Positions 11,970-24,736 of a stretch of 64,000 nt of DNA are shown one piece after another. The stretch's first letter is position 1. Each line of letters starts with the position of its first letter. Under the pieces are notes generated by a model. That model was not told the DNA's origin and did not search any database. It saw nothing but the letters and a program-made list of their open reading frames with translations. Source of the stretch: Cyanophora paradoxa CCMP329 (lineage: Eukaryota > Plantae > Glaucophyta); the NCBI GenBank assembly GCA_004431415.1, contig QPMI01000623.1:62001-126000 (forward strand), given 5' to 3'. The translations under genes and the position numbers were made by a program.

Positions 11970-14900
11970 CTACGCCCAGAGGTCCTCGCCGCTGGCGGCG
12001 GAGTGGGCAGGGGAGGCGCCGGCGGCGCGGTGGGCGCCGGCGCGGGAGGAGGCGCCGGCGTCGGAGGCGCGGGAGGAGAGGACCTGAGAGTACTCCCAGG
12101 CGTAGCCGCCCTGTATGGCGCGGGCGGCCTCCTGGGCGGCGCGCTCGTCGGCGAGGAAGTCCTCGACGGCGGCGGCGACGGCCCTCTCCTCTCCCTCCTC
12201 CTCCTCGCCGCTCTCGGGCTCCTCCTGCGAGGGGCGGCCCTCGGAGGCCGGCTCCTGCCACCCGTCCCCCTCCGAGCCCGCCCGCTCCGAGAAGCCGGCC
12301 TCCGAGGCCCCGCCCCGCGGCGTCCCCGCCCCGCTGGCGCTCCGCGTCGGCACGGGGGCCCTCCCCCGCGGCACCGGCGGCGGGCTCGGCGAGCGCCGCC
12401 GGGAGCGGGCCCGCATCTCGCGCATCTCCCGCGGGTTCGGCAGGTGCATGTTGTACGCGCGCCGCACCTGCGCGGCGTGAGCGGGGGCCGGGGGCGCGCG
12501 GTCGGGGCGGGGGGTGCGGGCCTGGTCGAGGAGGGGCACGATGACGGCGCGCTCGCCGCGCAGGATCTCCTGCTCGCTCCACAGGTGGTCCAGCGGCATC
12601 GTCTGCGCCCCGTCGCCCCACGCCCCGCCGCGGCGAGCGCGCGGCGGCGCACGTTCTTGCGGCGGAGGACGTCGAGGGCGCGCGCGATGTTGTGCAGGCG
12701 CGCCGCGGGCCCTTCGGCCGCAGGTCGAGCCCTCGACGGCCCTGCGCGGGCCCTCGGCGGGGCGGGGCGGGGGGCGGGGCGGGGGGGCGGGGCGCCTGTG
12801 CTCGAGGCGGCCGACGATGTCGGCGAGGAGGGTGCCGTCCCCGAACTCGGGGAGCAGCGGCGCCTCCAGGTCCACGTGCCCCGGCAGCCGCACCCCGAGC
12901 GAGCGGATCCACCGCGCCAGCCCGGGGCCCGCCCGCCGCCCGCCCCCTCCCCCCCTCCTCCGACGCCGCCCGCCCCTCGTAGGAGCCCCCCTCCAGCTCC
13001 GACCGCGGCGTCGCGGCGCCCGAGGCGCCCGAGGCAGAGCGGTCGCCGCCGGGGCCCTGCCACGCCGGCGCGATGCGGCGCGGGAGGCGCTGCGGGGAGG
13101 TGCGGGGCGGGGGCGAGGGCGGGACGGGGCGGGCGAGGCGGCGGTTGCTGGAGGGGGCGACGTAGCGGGCGGGGGAGGCGGGGGCGGAGAGGGGGTGGAG
13201 GCGCTCGGCGGGGTGGGCGGGATGGGCAGCGGGTGGGAGAGGTACGGGAACTCGCCCTCCACGCGCTGCGCCGCCCGCGGCGGGATTCTGTGCCGCCGCC
13301 CCGCCGGGCGGTGAGCGGGGGCGGGGGCCGGGGCCGGGCCGGGGCGGGGCGGGGGCGGACCCGTCGGCGGCGCGGTTGACGTCCTCGAGGAGGCCGAAGA
13401 CGGCGGCGGGGTCCCCCGCGAGGAGCGCCTCCTCGTCCCCCAGGTGCCGCCGCCCCATCCGGTGCCGCCCCGCCAGCACCTCGAGCGCCCGGCGCACGTT
13501 GGCCCGCGCGGCGGCCGGGGAGGAGGGGGCGCGGTTGACGCCGGAGAGGGGCGCCCCGTCGAGGGCGGAGATGAGGTCGCAGAGGAGGGTGCCGGTGCGG
13601 GCCCCCTCGAGGACCTCCTCCGCCTGCTCCTCCCGCGCCGGGCCCTCCAGCACGCCCACCGCCACCAGCCACTGCACGATCGAGCACTCCAGCTTCCGCC
13701 GCTCCACCTCGGGGTACGGCCACGCCAGCGGCCGCCGCCGCGCGATCTGCTCCCGCGACGTCGCGAACGGGTACGCCTTCTTGAGGTGCCAGATGAGGGA
13801 CCACCAGACGCCCGGGTTCCCCTTGGCGATCTCGTCGGCGGCGGCGGCGAAGACCTCGGGGAGCTGCTTGTTGCGGAGGGCGACCTGCAGGCCCGCCTCG
13901 ATGTTCTCGATCACGTGCTGCAGCGAGCGCGGCCGCGGCCGGACCCCCGGCACCACCACCTGCGCCCCGCTCAGGCCGGTGCGGGGCGGTGCGGGGCCTG
14001 GGGCGGGCGCGCGTCCTGGAGGAGGGAGACGAGGGCGCAGAGGAGGGTGCCGTTGCGGGTGGCCGAGTCGAGCATCCCCGCCCGCTCGTCCGCCTCCCGC
14101 ACCTCGAAGCCCAGCGCCGCCAGCCAGCGCCGCGCCTCCGCCTCCGTTCCCTCCTCGATCGCCGCCGGCGCCACCAGGCTCACCCGCGGGTTCCCCTCCC
14201 TGCCGCCCCTCGGCCCCTGCGCGCGCCGAGGCGGCGGGGCGGGGGGGACGCACGAGCGCCACGGGCTCGCGGGGCGCGCGGGGGGGCCCTCGGCGCGGCC
14301 CGCGGCACGGGAGAGCGGCCCCTGCTCGGGCCCTGGGCCTCCCGCCGGCGCCCCGCCCCGCCATGGGACTCGGGCGAGCGCCTCCGGGGGGAGCGGCTGG
14401 CCCGCGGCGATCGGGAGCGGCGGGGCGAGCGGGAGCGGCACTCGCGGGCGGCGTAGAACTGCGTCGGCGTGAGGCGGGGGCGGGGGAGGAGCAGGCGGGG
14501 CGGGGCGGGGGCGGTGCGGGCCTCGCGGATGTCGTGGAGGAGGCCCCAGAGGGCGCCGGGCGGGTGGCTGTGCACGATGGCCTCCGCCGCCCAGAGGTAG
14601 CGCGAGGGGAAGGTCGGGTGCGCGCGCAGCGCCGCGAGCGCCCGGTTCGCGTTCGTCAGCATCGCCGCCTGCGAGCGCGCCGAGCGGTTCACCCCGCACA
14701 GCTGCCGCCCCTCGAGCAGCTGCACCAGCTCGCAGAGCAGCACGCCTGCCGCCCCGTGAGGCCGGGGGCGCGCGGGGCGGGCGTGCCGGCGAGGCGCGCA
14801 CCGTCACGGAAGGCCTCCTGGACGTTCTCGGGGGAGTTGTACTCGGAGCCGTCCGCCCGGCGCGTCAGCCGGAAGCGCACCCCGTGGCCCTCCAGCCACC

Positions 14901-15963
14901 GCACGATCTCGTACTGCCGGCCCCGTCGGCGCGCGCCCCGAGCGAGCGCGGCGGCGCGGCGCACCTGCGGCCCGGAGAGCTCGGGGTCCGGCACCCGCTT
15001 GCGGTTGCCTGGGGAGGGCGGGCGGCCCGAAGGGGACGCGGCTCGGGCGGAGCAGGGGCGCTGGATGCGGGGCCGCGGGGCGGCGGCCTGCTGGGCGGCT
15101 TGCGCAGGGACGTGGATGTGGGCGGAGCGGCGGGAGGAAGGGCTGACGGAGCGGCCGCGGACGGCAGTGGCTGCATCGTAGTCGGAGACCGAGGGGGGCA
15201 CCGAGGCTCGCAGCGCCGAGATGCGGGAGGCCCGGACGCTGGCCGAGGGGGAAGGCGAGCGCGCCGCCGGGGTGCGCGCACCTGACCGCCCCCGCCCCTG
15301 CTCGCCCCACGCCTCCGCGGGAGGCGATCGGCGGCGCCCTGCCGGGGAGGGCGAGCGGGCCGTGCGGGGGGCCGCGCCGTGGCTGCGTAGCGTCCAAAGG
15401 CCGCGGACAGGCGACTCGGAGGGCCGCGGGGGGGGCTTGGCTGGAGAGGGTTCGCGGAGGAGGCCCTTCTCGCGGAGAATGGCCCTCACGTCGGCGCCGG
15501 GCTCGACGTTGAGCAGGTCGTGGTACCGACGCAGCGGCCGCAGCGGGCCGCGCTCGGAGAACTCCTCCGAGCTGCGAAGCGCCCCTCCCCTCGCCGAGAA
15601 TTCCGCCGAGTTGAGCAAACTCCGCCTCGGGCTGCGGCTGCGGCTTCGGGGGCGCTGCGGAGGCATGCGCTTCTTCTTCGCCGAGTCGATCAGGATCTCC
15701 CGCGCCGACTCCGGCCCGCTTCGTGGGCTTCGCGGTGTGTGCGGGGCAACCGATGCGTAGGAAATGCTGCCGGATACACTGGCCCTTAGGCGAGAGAGGT
15801 CTAGCTTGGGCGACGCGCTACGACTCCTGCTGCGGCTTCGGCCAGTGATGCCCGATACACTCTCCCGGTAGTACGCCCATGAATACGGATCCGCTGCTCG
15901 GCGTTCGATTTCACGTGCCCGAACAGCTGTGGCAGGCCATAGCAGGTCCGGTGGGGCGCGCAT
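11970..15963 (-). CDS. Protein with four calponin-homology (CH)-like domains and a Ser/Arg/Pro-rich N-terminus
   Basis: Four repeats of a W(L/I)...G(T/V)LL(C/A/D)..(V/I)..L(E/D/Q)...N...(A/G)L..L pattern, for example IVRWLE..FRDGVLLCELVQLLE..TNANRALAAL and IVQWLV..RTGTLLCDLISALD..ANVRRALEVL. Confidence 0.75.
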
Positions 15964-16114
15964 CTAGCTAGTCTGGCGCCTGTAGAACAGTCTTGCGCCT
16001 GAAGAATCGCGGGGAGAGCCTCAGGCTACGGTTGCTACCGTTATTCGTACTCGGTTATGGTGTATCCCCCACCTGTTACCTGTAACCTGTTGAACCTGCC
16101 TACCTGCGCCCCCG

Positions 16115-17981
16115 ATGGGCGCGAAAGAGAGCAAGGGTGTAAAGGGCGGACTTCACGCTGTTCTGCAACAAATCGAGAATGCAGGTTCCCCACACTGACC
16201 ACAGCCAACGCCCACTTATACAGGCGCGTGCAGATCGTCTTCGTCGTCAATGAGAACGCCGATATTATGTCCGTCCGACCCCGATCCTTCTACTTCTGCG
16301 GCCGTGCAGTATTGCTGACGGCCGCCCGGTGGCCCAGTTTTGCGAACGCGGCAGCCTTAAAGTGCGTGAGTTTCGAACTGGCGGATCTCACAAGTAAGAA
16401 CCTTTGGAACGACATGCTATCCGTGCGCTGCCGCCTTGGCCTTTTAACTGCCTGTCCTCAATGTGATCGCTACGGCGCAGGATGTTTGCTTGCCGCGAGC
16501 CCCGGATAATTTCATGATGGTGCGCGGCCCGTGTGCCCTGCTGCGACCCACGTGATCTGCAGCTTATCTTATCGCTTGTCCCGGGCCCCGCTATCCCTCG
16601 CCGAACCCGCGGGCTTGTCTGACAGGCCGCACGCTGCACGGCAGGCCGCTCCTATGAGCAAGTTCTTGGGCGAGAAGTGGCGGGCGCAGCTGTGCGGGGC
16701 GTTCAGCAAGCGGCTCTCCATAGGTGCGGGGCGCCCAGCCGCGTGCAGCGGCGCGGGGCGGCGCTCGAAGTGACGCGGCGGGGCAGAGATGACGATCAGC
16801 AAGATCGCGCTGCCGGGGGAGGCCGCCCCCTCGTACCTCGTCACGTGCAGCGACATCAGCGAGGCCCGCCCCCCCGCCCCGCCCCGCCCCGCGCCGGCGG
16901 CGGCGAGCGTGGCGCAGTTGCTGATGACGAAGAACGCGCTGGCGCGGGCGGAGATGCGGCGGCTGGCGGTGATCGACACGACGATGGACGGGCTCGTGCT
17001 CATGGACTCGAACCACAAGATCCGCTGTGCCTCCGTCCTGTCCGGCCGCCAGTGCGCGAATCCTAATTTTTTGCAGCCTTCAACCCTGCCGCCGCCTCCC
17101 TCTTTGGGTGGTCCAAGGAGGAGGTCCTCAACAAAGACAGTGCGCCCCGCCGCTTTCCTCCCCGCCCCGCCGGCGCCGGCCTCGCGGCCGCCGCCAAGCG
17201 GGCGGGCCGGCAGTCTCGATCCTGGTGCCGTCGCCGCACAAGGAGGCGCACAAGCAGTACGTCGAGAACTTCCTCACCACGGGCGTCAAGAAGGTCCGGC
17301 GTGGCCGGCGTGCCCCGCCGCGGCTGCGCTTGAGGCGGGCGCGCCGGGCGGCAGATCATCGGGATCGGGCGGGAGGTGGAGGCGGAGCGGAAGGACGGGA
17401 CCACCTTCACCATCCAGGCGCCCCCGCCCCGCCCCGCCCCGCCCCGCCCCGCCCCGCGGCGCCGGCCGAGCGCGCGGCGCAGCTCTCCGTCTCGGAGGCC
17501 GTCCAGATCGGCAACGACCGCTTCTTCCTCGGCGTCATAAGAGACCGTTCCCGCCGCAAGCAGGCCGAGCGCGCCATGTCCCAGTCCAAGGTGCCCCCGC
17601 CCCGCCCCTCTCCACCCGCCCCCGCCCGACCCCGCCCCGCGCCTTCCCCGTCGCTCCCCGCCCCCTGCAGACGTGGATGCAGAACGTGCGTGCCGCGGCG
17701 AGCGCCGCGCCCCGCCGGGCGGCCTGACGAGGCGGCGTTGCGCAGATCCTCGACTGCGCCTTCGACGCCTTCTTCACGGTGGACGGCAACGGCAACCTCA
17801 AGATGCACGCCCACGTGCGCCCTCCGCCGCCCGTGCCCCCAGCCCTCCCGCCCGCGCTGGCGCTGCGGCCCGAGGGGTGGGATTTGTGCAGGGCTGGGAG
17901 GCGGAGCCGTCACGGCAGCAGCTCGAGGGGGCGAGGCCCTCGCTCCAGCTGCCGAGCCGCCGCGCCTCCATCCAGCGGTGA
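16115..17981 (+). CDS. Multi-PAS sensor protein with a FixL-type heme-PAS domain and an N-myristoylation motif
   Basis: Starts MGAKESK. Spliced PAS-2 reads IDTTMDGLVLMDSNHKIRSFNPAAASLFGWSKEEVLNKDISILVPSPHKEAHKQYVENFLTTGVKKIIGIGREVEAERKDGTTFTIQLSVSE..FFLGVIRD. A third PAS starts (ILDCAFDAFFTVDGNG) and then the protein ends. The first exons are tentative. Confidence 0.8.
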
Positions 17982-18280
17982 CCCCCGCCCCGGCCTCCGC
18001 CCCCCGTCCCTCCCCCCTGTGCCCCTCCGGCCCCCGCGCCCTGCCGGATGACCGCCTGTAGCCTTCCCTCCTGCCAGCGTCTCCCCTCGGACTCTGCGTG
18101 CGCCCCTGTTGCTTGGACAGATAGCTTATAGTTTACGTCTCTAGATCTGTATGTTTCACTGAGAGTCGAATTTCAAAAACCTGAGTATCTACTGCTATGG
18201 AAAGGAGCTGCAGCTGCAGCGGGTGGCGGGGAGGGGCGGGGCAGGGCGGCCGGATCCGGAACTGCAGCTCGTCAGTCGCG

Positions 18281-18940
18281 TCAGTCCTGCTTGACGTCGG
18301 CCTCGGTGAGGGCGCGGAGGGCGTGGGAGAATTGAACGGCGGAGATGTACTGCTTGAGGACGCAGAAGGGGGCGCACACGAGGGCGCCCGCGTGCCAGAG
18401 GAGGACGGGGCGGCCGAGGAGGGAGAGCTGCCGCGAGGGCTCGAAGTAGCGCAGGTAGAGGAAGACGAAGAAGAGCTCGTTGGTGAGGCAGAGGAAGGTC
18501 AGCACGGGCCGCTTGTAGTAGAGGTGCAGGAGCCAGTTCTCCGTCGCCTTCACCTCCTTGTGGCTCTTCTTCCCACTGTTCATCACCGCCGTGTACATGT
18601 GGAACCAGTGGCTTCCGATGTCGAGGTAGAGCAGCAGCCCGAAGATGATCAGGTGCTCGCGGTACAGGTGCGAGAGCACCAGCAGCAGGCCCGCCGTCCC
18701 CAGCCGGTCCGAGACCATGTCCAGCACCGCGCCAAGCGTTGACGACTGGCCCAGCTTGCGGGCCGCGTAGCCGTCCGCGGCGTCAAGCAAGTGCGAGAGC
18801 GTGTAGGTGATGCCGGAGACGACGTAGTCGGTGAGCGCGTAGTGAATGCTCACCAACGCCAGGATCACCCTAACGTAGCCGATCAGGTTCGGCACGTAGA
18901 AGTAGATGCGCCAGGCCTCGCCCTTGCTCGCCGGCGCCAT
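18281..18940 (-). CDS. PIS1: Phosphatidylinositol synthase (CDP-diacylglycerol-inositol 3-phosphatidyltransferase), intronless
   Basis: 219-aa ORF with YVPNLIGYVR, the CDP-alcohol phosphotransferase motif DAADGYAARKLGQSSTLGAVLDMVSDR, and DIGSHW. Confidence 0.96.
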   Translation of the reverse strand: MAPASKGEAWRIYFYVPNLIGYVRVILALVSIHYALTDYVVSGITYTLSHLLDAADGYAARKLGQSSTLGAVLDMVSDRLGTAGLLLVLSHLYREHLIIFGLLLYLDIGSHWFHMYTAVMNSGKKSHKEVKATENWLLHLYYKRPVLTFLCLTNELFFVFLYLRYFEPSRQLSLLGRPVLLWHAGALVCAPFCVLKQYISAVQFSHALRALTEADVKQD

Positions 18941-19112
18941 CGCTTCCGTGGCGCTGCGAGCAGAAACGATTCAGCTCGACTAGTTCGACACTCAACGAAG
19001 CAGCCGAGCAACCGCCGCCGACCTCTCAGGAAAACGGGGTAGGGGAATTGGGTTCAAAGTTTACGCGGGAGCCTCATTCGGAAGTCGCAGCCGGGCGCCA
19101 CGAGCACGAACA

Positions 19113-21462
19113 ATGCCCGGCCAGCAAAAGAAGAATGGCAAGACTGGCGTCAAGGCGACCGTACAGACGGCCAAGGCCGGTCGCGCGGTTGGACGGCCGG
19201 ACTTCAACCTCGACAAGACGGACCTGGACAAGCGCTACAGGCTCACGCAGGCGGAGGAGGTGGGTCGGCTCGTCGGGCGTCGCGTCCGTGCCCGGCTTCG
19301 CGGTCACCGATGAGCCCGTCGCAGCTGAAACGTTTGCGGGTCAAGTGCGAGGACCTCGAACGCCGCGCGCAGTACTACGCCCGTCAGATGACAGGTATAG
19401 TGCTCTCAGCTTGTCTGGAGCTCCGGCAGCGCGACGAGAGCGCCGATATCCCCGCAGACCGCCAGAAGATTCGTCTCGCGAAGTCCCACGCCCGCGCACT
19501 GCGGACGGGCGAGCAGGAAGAAGACGATGATTTAGGCCAGCCGCTGCATTCGGATGACGATGGCCCCCAGGCGGGCTCGAAGAAGCCTCTCTCGCCGGCG
19601 CGTCGCCCGCCCGCTATCTGCCGGCGCCCCTGACCCGCGGATGGCAGATCAAGGAGCGGCACCTGGACGAGGATGAAGTCGTTGGCGGCGAGGAGGGCGG
19701 GCGGCGCCGGCGGAGCGCGCCGGAGAAGCGGGCGGCCAAGGGCGGGGCGCCCGAGGTGGACTTCGACGTTGAGATGCTCGAGTTCGAGAACGCGCAGGCG
19801 GGCGCCGGCGTCCGCCCTCGCAGCGCCCATCGGGCCCCGGAGGAGGTCCCGGTCACGCGGCCGCCCTTCTACGTCGGCCGCGCGCCCCGCCGCGCCTTCC
19901 GGCCTCGCGTCTCGCCGGCCGTGCGCGTCCCGCCCGCCTCGGGCACGCAAGCGGCCGGTGGCGCTCGGGGGCGGGGCGCGTCGGGGGCGGGCGGGCGGGG
20001 GCGTCGCTGGACCGGCTCGAGGCGCGCTTCCGCGACATCGAGGCGAGCATGGCCCGCTTCGGCGCCGGCCTCCTCAAGGTCCCGCCCTGCTCCACCCCCG
20101 CCCCGCTCTCCGCCCGCCCGGCGGCGCCTGAGGCGGGGCGGCAGGTGCCGGGGAGGCGGCGGCGGGGCAGCAGCAGCAGCCGAAGAGCTACGCGGGGTAC
20201 CTGGAGGTGCTGATGGACGGCGTGGCGCGGCTGGCGGCGCTGGTCGAGCAGGGCGCCGCCAAGGTCGACGCCGACGCCGCCGCCCGCGCCTCCCTCGCCG
20301 ACTCCCTCGCCGCCTCCGCCCGCCGCCTCGACGCCCTCGAGGCCGTGCGCCCCCCCCCGCCCCGCCCCGCCCGCCCCGCACCCCCGGCGTTGCCCGCGCG
20401 GCAGTGACGCGTGTGCAGGAGGTGTCGCGGGGCCGGGAGGAGCGGGATCGGCTTCGGAGCGAGCTGCAGCAGCAGCGCCTCACCAGCGAGGTGCAGGTCG
20501 CCGCCCTCCGCTCCGACCTCGCCATCATGCAGCGCCTCCGCCCCTCCGCCCTCGACGCTCCCGCCCCCGCCCCCGCCCCGCCGCCCCTCCACACGCCCTC
20601 CGCCCCGGCCCCCGCACCCTCTGCCTCCGCCTCCGCCACTCTGGCGGCGGCGACCCCGCAGGCTCGCCTCCTCTCCATCCCTGCCCCACGGCCCGGGCGC
20701 CTGCCCCAGCGGGTGCGGCGGCGGCCGGGGAGAAGGCGGCGAGCGAGGCGGCGGGGCGGGTGGCGGAGCTCCTGGCGCTGCCGGCGCGGGGCGGGGCGGG
20801 GCGGCACGACGTGAGCGCCTGGCTGGACGCCCTCGAGCAGCGCCGCGTGCCCCCGATCGACACGCCCATGCACCCGTCGCCCCGCGAGGCCGCCACGCAG
20901 CCCTTCAGCCGCAACTGGACGGCCGGGCGGCCCCCAGCCCGCCGGCGACCCCCGCGCCGGCCACCGCCCGCTCCGTCGCTGAGAGCGCCGGGACGCCGGC
21001 CACGCCCCTCGAGGTCTGCCCCGCGCCGCCCTCGCCCGCCGGCCCCGCGCCCCGCCCGAGCCGCGCGTGCAGGAGGCCGTGTCCACCGTGACGAACCTCA
21101 GCGCGGTGGAGGACTGGCCGCGGGCTTCCGCGCCCCGCCCTGCCCCGGCCGCAGCCGCCGTCGCCTCCTGCGCCCCCTCCACGCCACCGACGGCCGCGGT
21201 GCTCGTTGGCGAGGCCCGGCGCGCGCTCTGGGCTGGGGAAGGGGCCCGCCGTGGGGCGGAGGCCCCGCCCACGGTGCAGAAGCGTGGGGCGGCGGAGGAG
21301 GATAGCGGGCCAGTGGCGCTGCTGTCGGCGAAGCGGGGGCCGCGCGGGGGGGCGGGGAGCCCGGCGGCAGGGGCCCCGCGGCCGGCGCCCCACCAGCCCG
21401 ACGGCGAATCGATGGCCCTCTCGGCGCACATCCCCTCCCCCGCGGGGCGCCTTCTCCTCTGA
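19113..21462 (+). CDS. Hypothetical coiled-coil protein (multi-exon)
   Basis: Coding-like exons (LKRLRVKCEDLERRAQYY; EERDRLRSELQQQRLTSEVQVAALRSDL) joined by typical short introns. No family recognised. Confidence 0.5.
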
Positions 21463-21742
21463 CCCCCCGCGGCCGTGGCCTCTCGCCGACTGGTCGTGGG
21501 ACTCAGTGCGCGTTCGATATACATAGAGTACCTGAGAACCTTTGAAATTTCAAAACAAAGTGACACGGACTGGCCCAGCCTGGCAGTGGCTATGGTACAC
21601 GTCAGGTACTGGTTTATGAACGGAACAGGGACACTGCTGTCGCAGTGGCCCTGTTGGAGGGGAAGGACCTCTAAGTTCTGAGCAGGAAAGGGCGCCGGCA
21701 TGTTAAGGCTACAATTACAAAGTATACGTAGAGTCTGGATCA

Positions 21743-24090
21743 CTAGCAGACCGCGCCCGCCCCTGTGCAAGTGCGCCAAGTGCGGGCCGCGGGTGCAAGG
21801 GGGGGTACTTGTACACAGTGCAGGGTACTGGGGCGGGGGGGGGGGGGGGGGGGCGGGGCCAGAGAGGCGAGGCGGGCGGCCGGGCGAGGCGGGCAGGGTG
21901 GCGAGGCGGGCAGGGTGGCGAGGCGGGCGGGTGCACGTGGGGTGGCGAGGCGGGCGGCGGCGGCGGCGGGCGGGAAAGCGGGAGGAGAGACAGGTGGCGC
22001 CGGCGCCGGGCCCTGCGCATAGCCTGCACATACGCAGAGCCGAGGCGTCAGCTCGCCCCGGACAGAGGCCGGCCAGCGGTGGCGGCCGGGCCAGGTGCGC
22101 AGCAGCAGCGGCGGGGCGAACCTGGAGTCGGCGAAGCTGAAGCATCCGGCGGGCGGCGGGCGGGAAAGCGGGAGGAGAGGTAGGTGGCGCCGGGACCTGC
22201 GGATAGCCTGCGCATGCGCAGAGCCGAGGCGTCAGCTCGCCCCGGACAGAGGCCGGCCAGCGGTGGCGGCCGGGCCAGGTGCGCAGCAGCAGCGGCGGGG
22301 CGAACCTGGAGTCGGCGAAGCTGAAGCATCCGGCGGGCGGCGGGCGGGAAAGCGGGAGGAGAGGTAGGTGGCGCCGGGACCTGCGGATAGCCTGCGCATG
22401 CGCAGAGCCGAGGCGTCAGCTCGCCCCGGACAGAGGCCGGCCAGCGGTGGCGGCCGGGCCAGGTGCGCAGCAGCAGCGGCGGGGCGAACCTGGAGTCGGC
22501 GAAGCTGAAGCATCCGGCGGGCGGCGGGCGGGAAAGCGGGCGGAGGGGCAGGTGGCGCCGGGCCCTGCGCATAGCCTGCACATACGCAGAGCCGAGGCGT
22601 CAGCTCGCCCCGGACAGAGGCCGGCCAGCGGTGGCGGCCGGGCCAGGTGCGCAGCAGCAGCGGCGGGGCGAACCTGGAGTCGGCGAAGCTGAAGCATCCG
22701 GCGGGCGGCGGGCGGGAAAGCGGGAGGAGAGGTAGGTGGCGCCGGGACCTGCGGATAGCCTGCGCATGCGCAGAGCCGAGGCGTCAGCTCGCCCCGGACA
22801 GCGGCCGTGCGGGGGCGGGGCCCAGCGGGAACGGCCGGGTCAGGTGCGCGGCAGCAGCGGCGGGGCGAACCTGGAGTCGACGACGCTGAAGCAGCCGGCG
22901 AGGCGGCGGGCGAGGAAGCGGGCGGAGGGGCAGGTGGCGCCGGGCCCTGCGCATAGCCTGCACATACGCAGAGCTGAGGCGTCAGCTCGCCCCGGACAGC
23001 GGCCGTGCGGGGGCGGGGCCCAGCGGGGGCGGCCGGGCCAGGTGCGCAGCAGCAGCGGCGGGGCGAACCTGGAGTCGGCGAAGCTGAAGCATCCGGCGGG
23101 CGGCGGGCGGGAAAGCGGGAGGAGAGGTAGGTGGCGCCGGGACCTGCGGATTGCCTGCGCATGCGCAGAGCCGAGGCGTCAGCTAGCGCTCGCCCCGGAC
23201 AGCGGCCGTGCGGGGGCGGGGCCCAGCGGGGACGGCCGGGTCACTGAGTCAGGTGCGCAGCAGCAGCGGCCGGGCGAGCCTGGAGTCGGCGAAGCTGAAG
23301 CATCCGGCGGAGCGGCGAAGCTGAAGTAGCCAGCGGGGCCGCGGGCGAGGAAGCGGGCGGGGCGGCAGGTGGCGCCGGGCCCTGCGCATAGCCTGCGCAA
23401 GGCCGAGGCGTCAGCTCGCGCCAGACAGCGGCGGCGCGGGGGCGGGGCCCAGCGGCAGCGGCCGGGTGAGATGCATATGCGTAGCATGCGCAGCGAAGCT
23501 GATGCGGGGGGGGGAAGTCGATCGAAGCGGGTGGAGCGGGAGGGCCGAGGCGTCAGCGCGCCCTGGAGAGCGGCGGTGTGGGGTCGAAGCCCAGCCCGGC
23601 GCGGCGTACTAGGAGCAGTTGCGAATACTGTAACGCCGCCACCATCTCGGGTCGCTGGCCGCGCGCGGGTCAAGACACGCGGGTCAAGACACGCGTGCGT
23701 GCACGTGCACTGCGGCCTGCACTCGAGGCGCTTGAACGGCTTGAAGGGTTCTAGATGTGCTTGAACCGAAGCCCGTCAGAAACCGAGCTCGAGAGCGTAG
23801 GCAAAACGCCGCGAGCTCGCACCGGCCCGCGGCGTCGCGGGCGCGCGAAGTGCTTCCGGTTGCAAGGCGCGCCACCACCACGACGCGCCATGCTCGTGTA
23901 CCCAGCAATCGCCACAAACTCTCAGGAGCACTTTTTTCGGGCGCCCGGTACAACAGGTACTTGAGGCGGCCTAGCGCGCCACCCTGTGCCCCTCCGGTCT
24001 CGGCATGTATAACATGAATCGTCGGGCTCATCAGGCGCATTCAGACGCACTTGGTCCGGCAGATATATCGCCACTTGGTGAGGCGCTAGA
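21743..24090 (-). mobile_element. Non-autonomous Helitron/Helentron-like element, copy A
   Basis: Homologous in inverted orientation to 43445-44912. Homology stops exactly at GCGCGGTCTG-CTAG|T, preceded by a GC hairpin. It carries an internal tandem array and no transposase ORF. Confidence 0.55.
21960..23480. repeat. Tandem array of about 8 units of 184-197 bp
   Basis: Identical ORF starts at 22095, 22279, 22463 and 22647 (184-bp period). Later units are about 197 bp and diverge. Confidence 0.92.
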
Positions 24091-24736
24091 TCACATTTTT
24101 GTAAAATGTGTTATTGCCCATTCCTGGCCCACCGGACGGGGCCCAGATGTCCCGGAACATGTTTCCGGGCTTTTAGGGGCATGCCTTGCGAGGATCCGGC
24201 GAGAAAACCAGGCTTTTTGGAGGTCGGGACATTTCATTTTGGCCTAGGTTGGGCACCCGAACACCCCCAAGTGGGGGAAGGGGAAGGGGGTCCTTCCCCA
24301 ACTACTCAAAGTTACAAGTTACATTTACACAGGGGCCAGGGCCCAATTGCAAATCGCACAGCCTGGCAGACTCTGAGATAGCTGGAGTCCCTCAGTGCCA
24401 CGGTGGATCCGGACACAAGCTATTCGAATCATCATGAATTCGAATTCGAACTCTCGCAACCGAGGTCCTGTACATCATGCCGCAGACTTGCCGTGCACTG
24501 CGGCGGCTAGCGCTGTCGACGTCTAGATCTTGCAACTGTCCACTACCGTTGCTGCAGATCGAGATCTAGAAAAGAATTCGAAAGTACACTATACAGTGAA
24601 ACAGGTATACAAGTATACAAGTTGCGCGAAGTGCGCAATTGTCGATGAGATGTCAGACGTCGACGCTGTGAAAAGAAAAGAACGGCAGATCGACGTGGAA
24701 AAGTACATTACAAGCGAGTTGCGGGTCAAGGCTGGA

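Noticed and set aside
21960-23480. Regular repeats as a CRISPR array or a repeat protein gene
   Set aside because: Units are contiguous 184-197 bp with no unique spacers, there are no cas genes, and 184 is not a multiple of 3.
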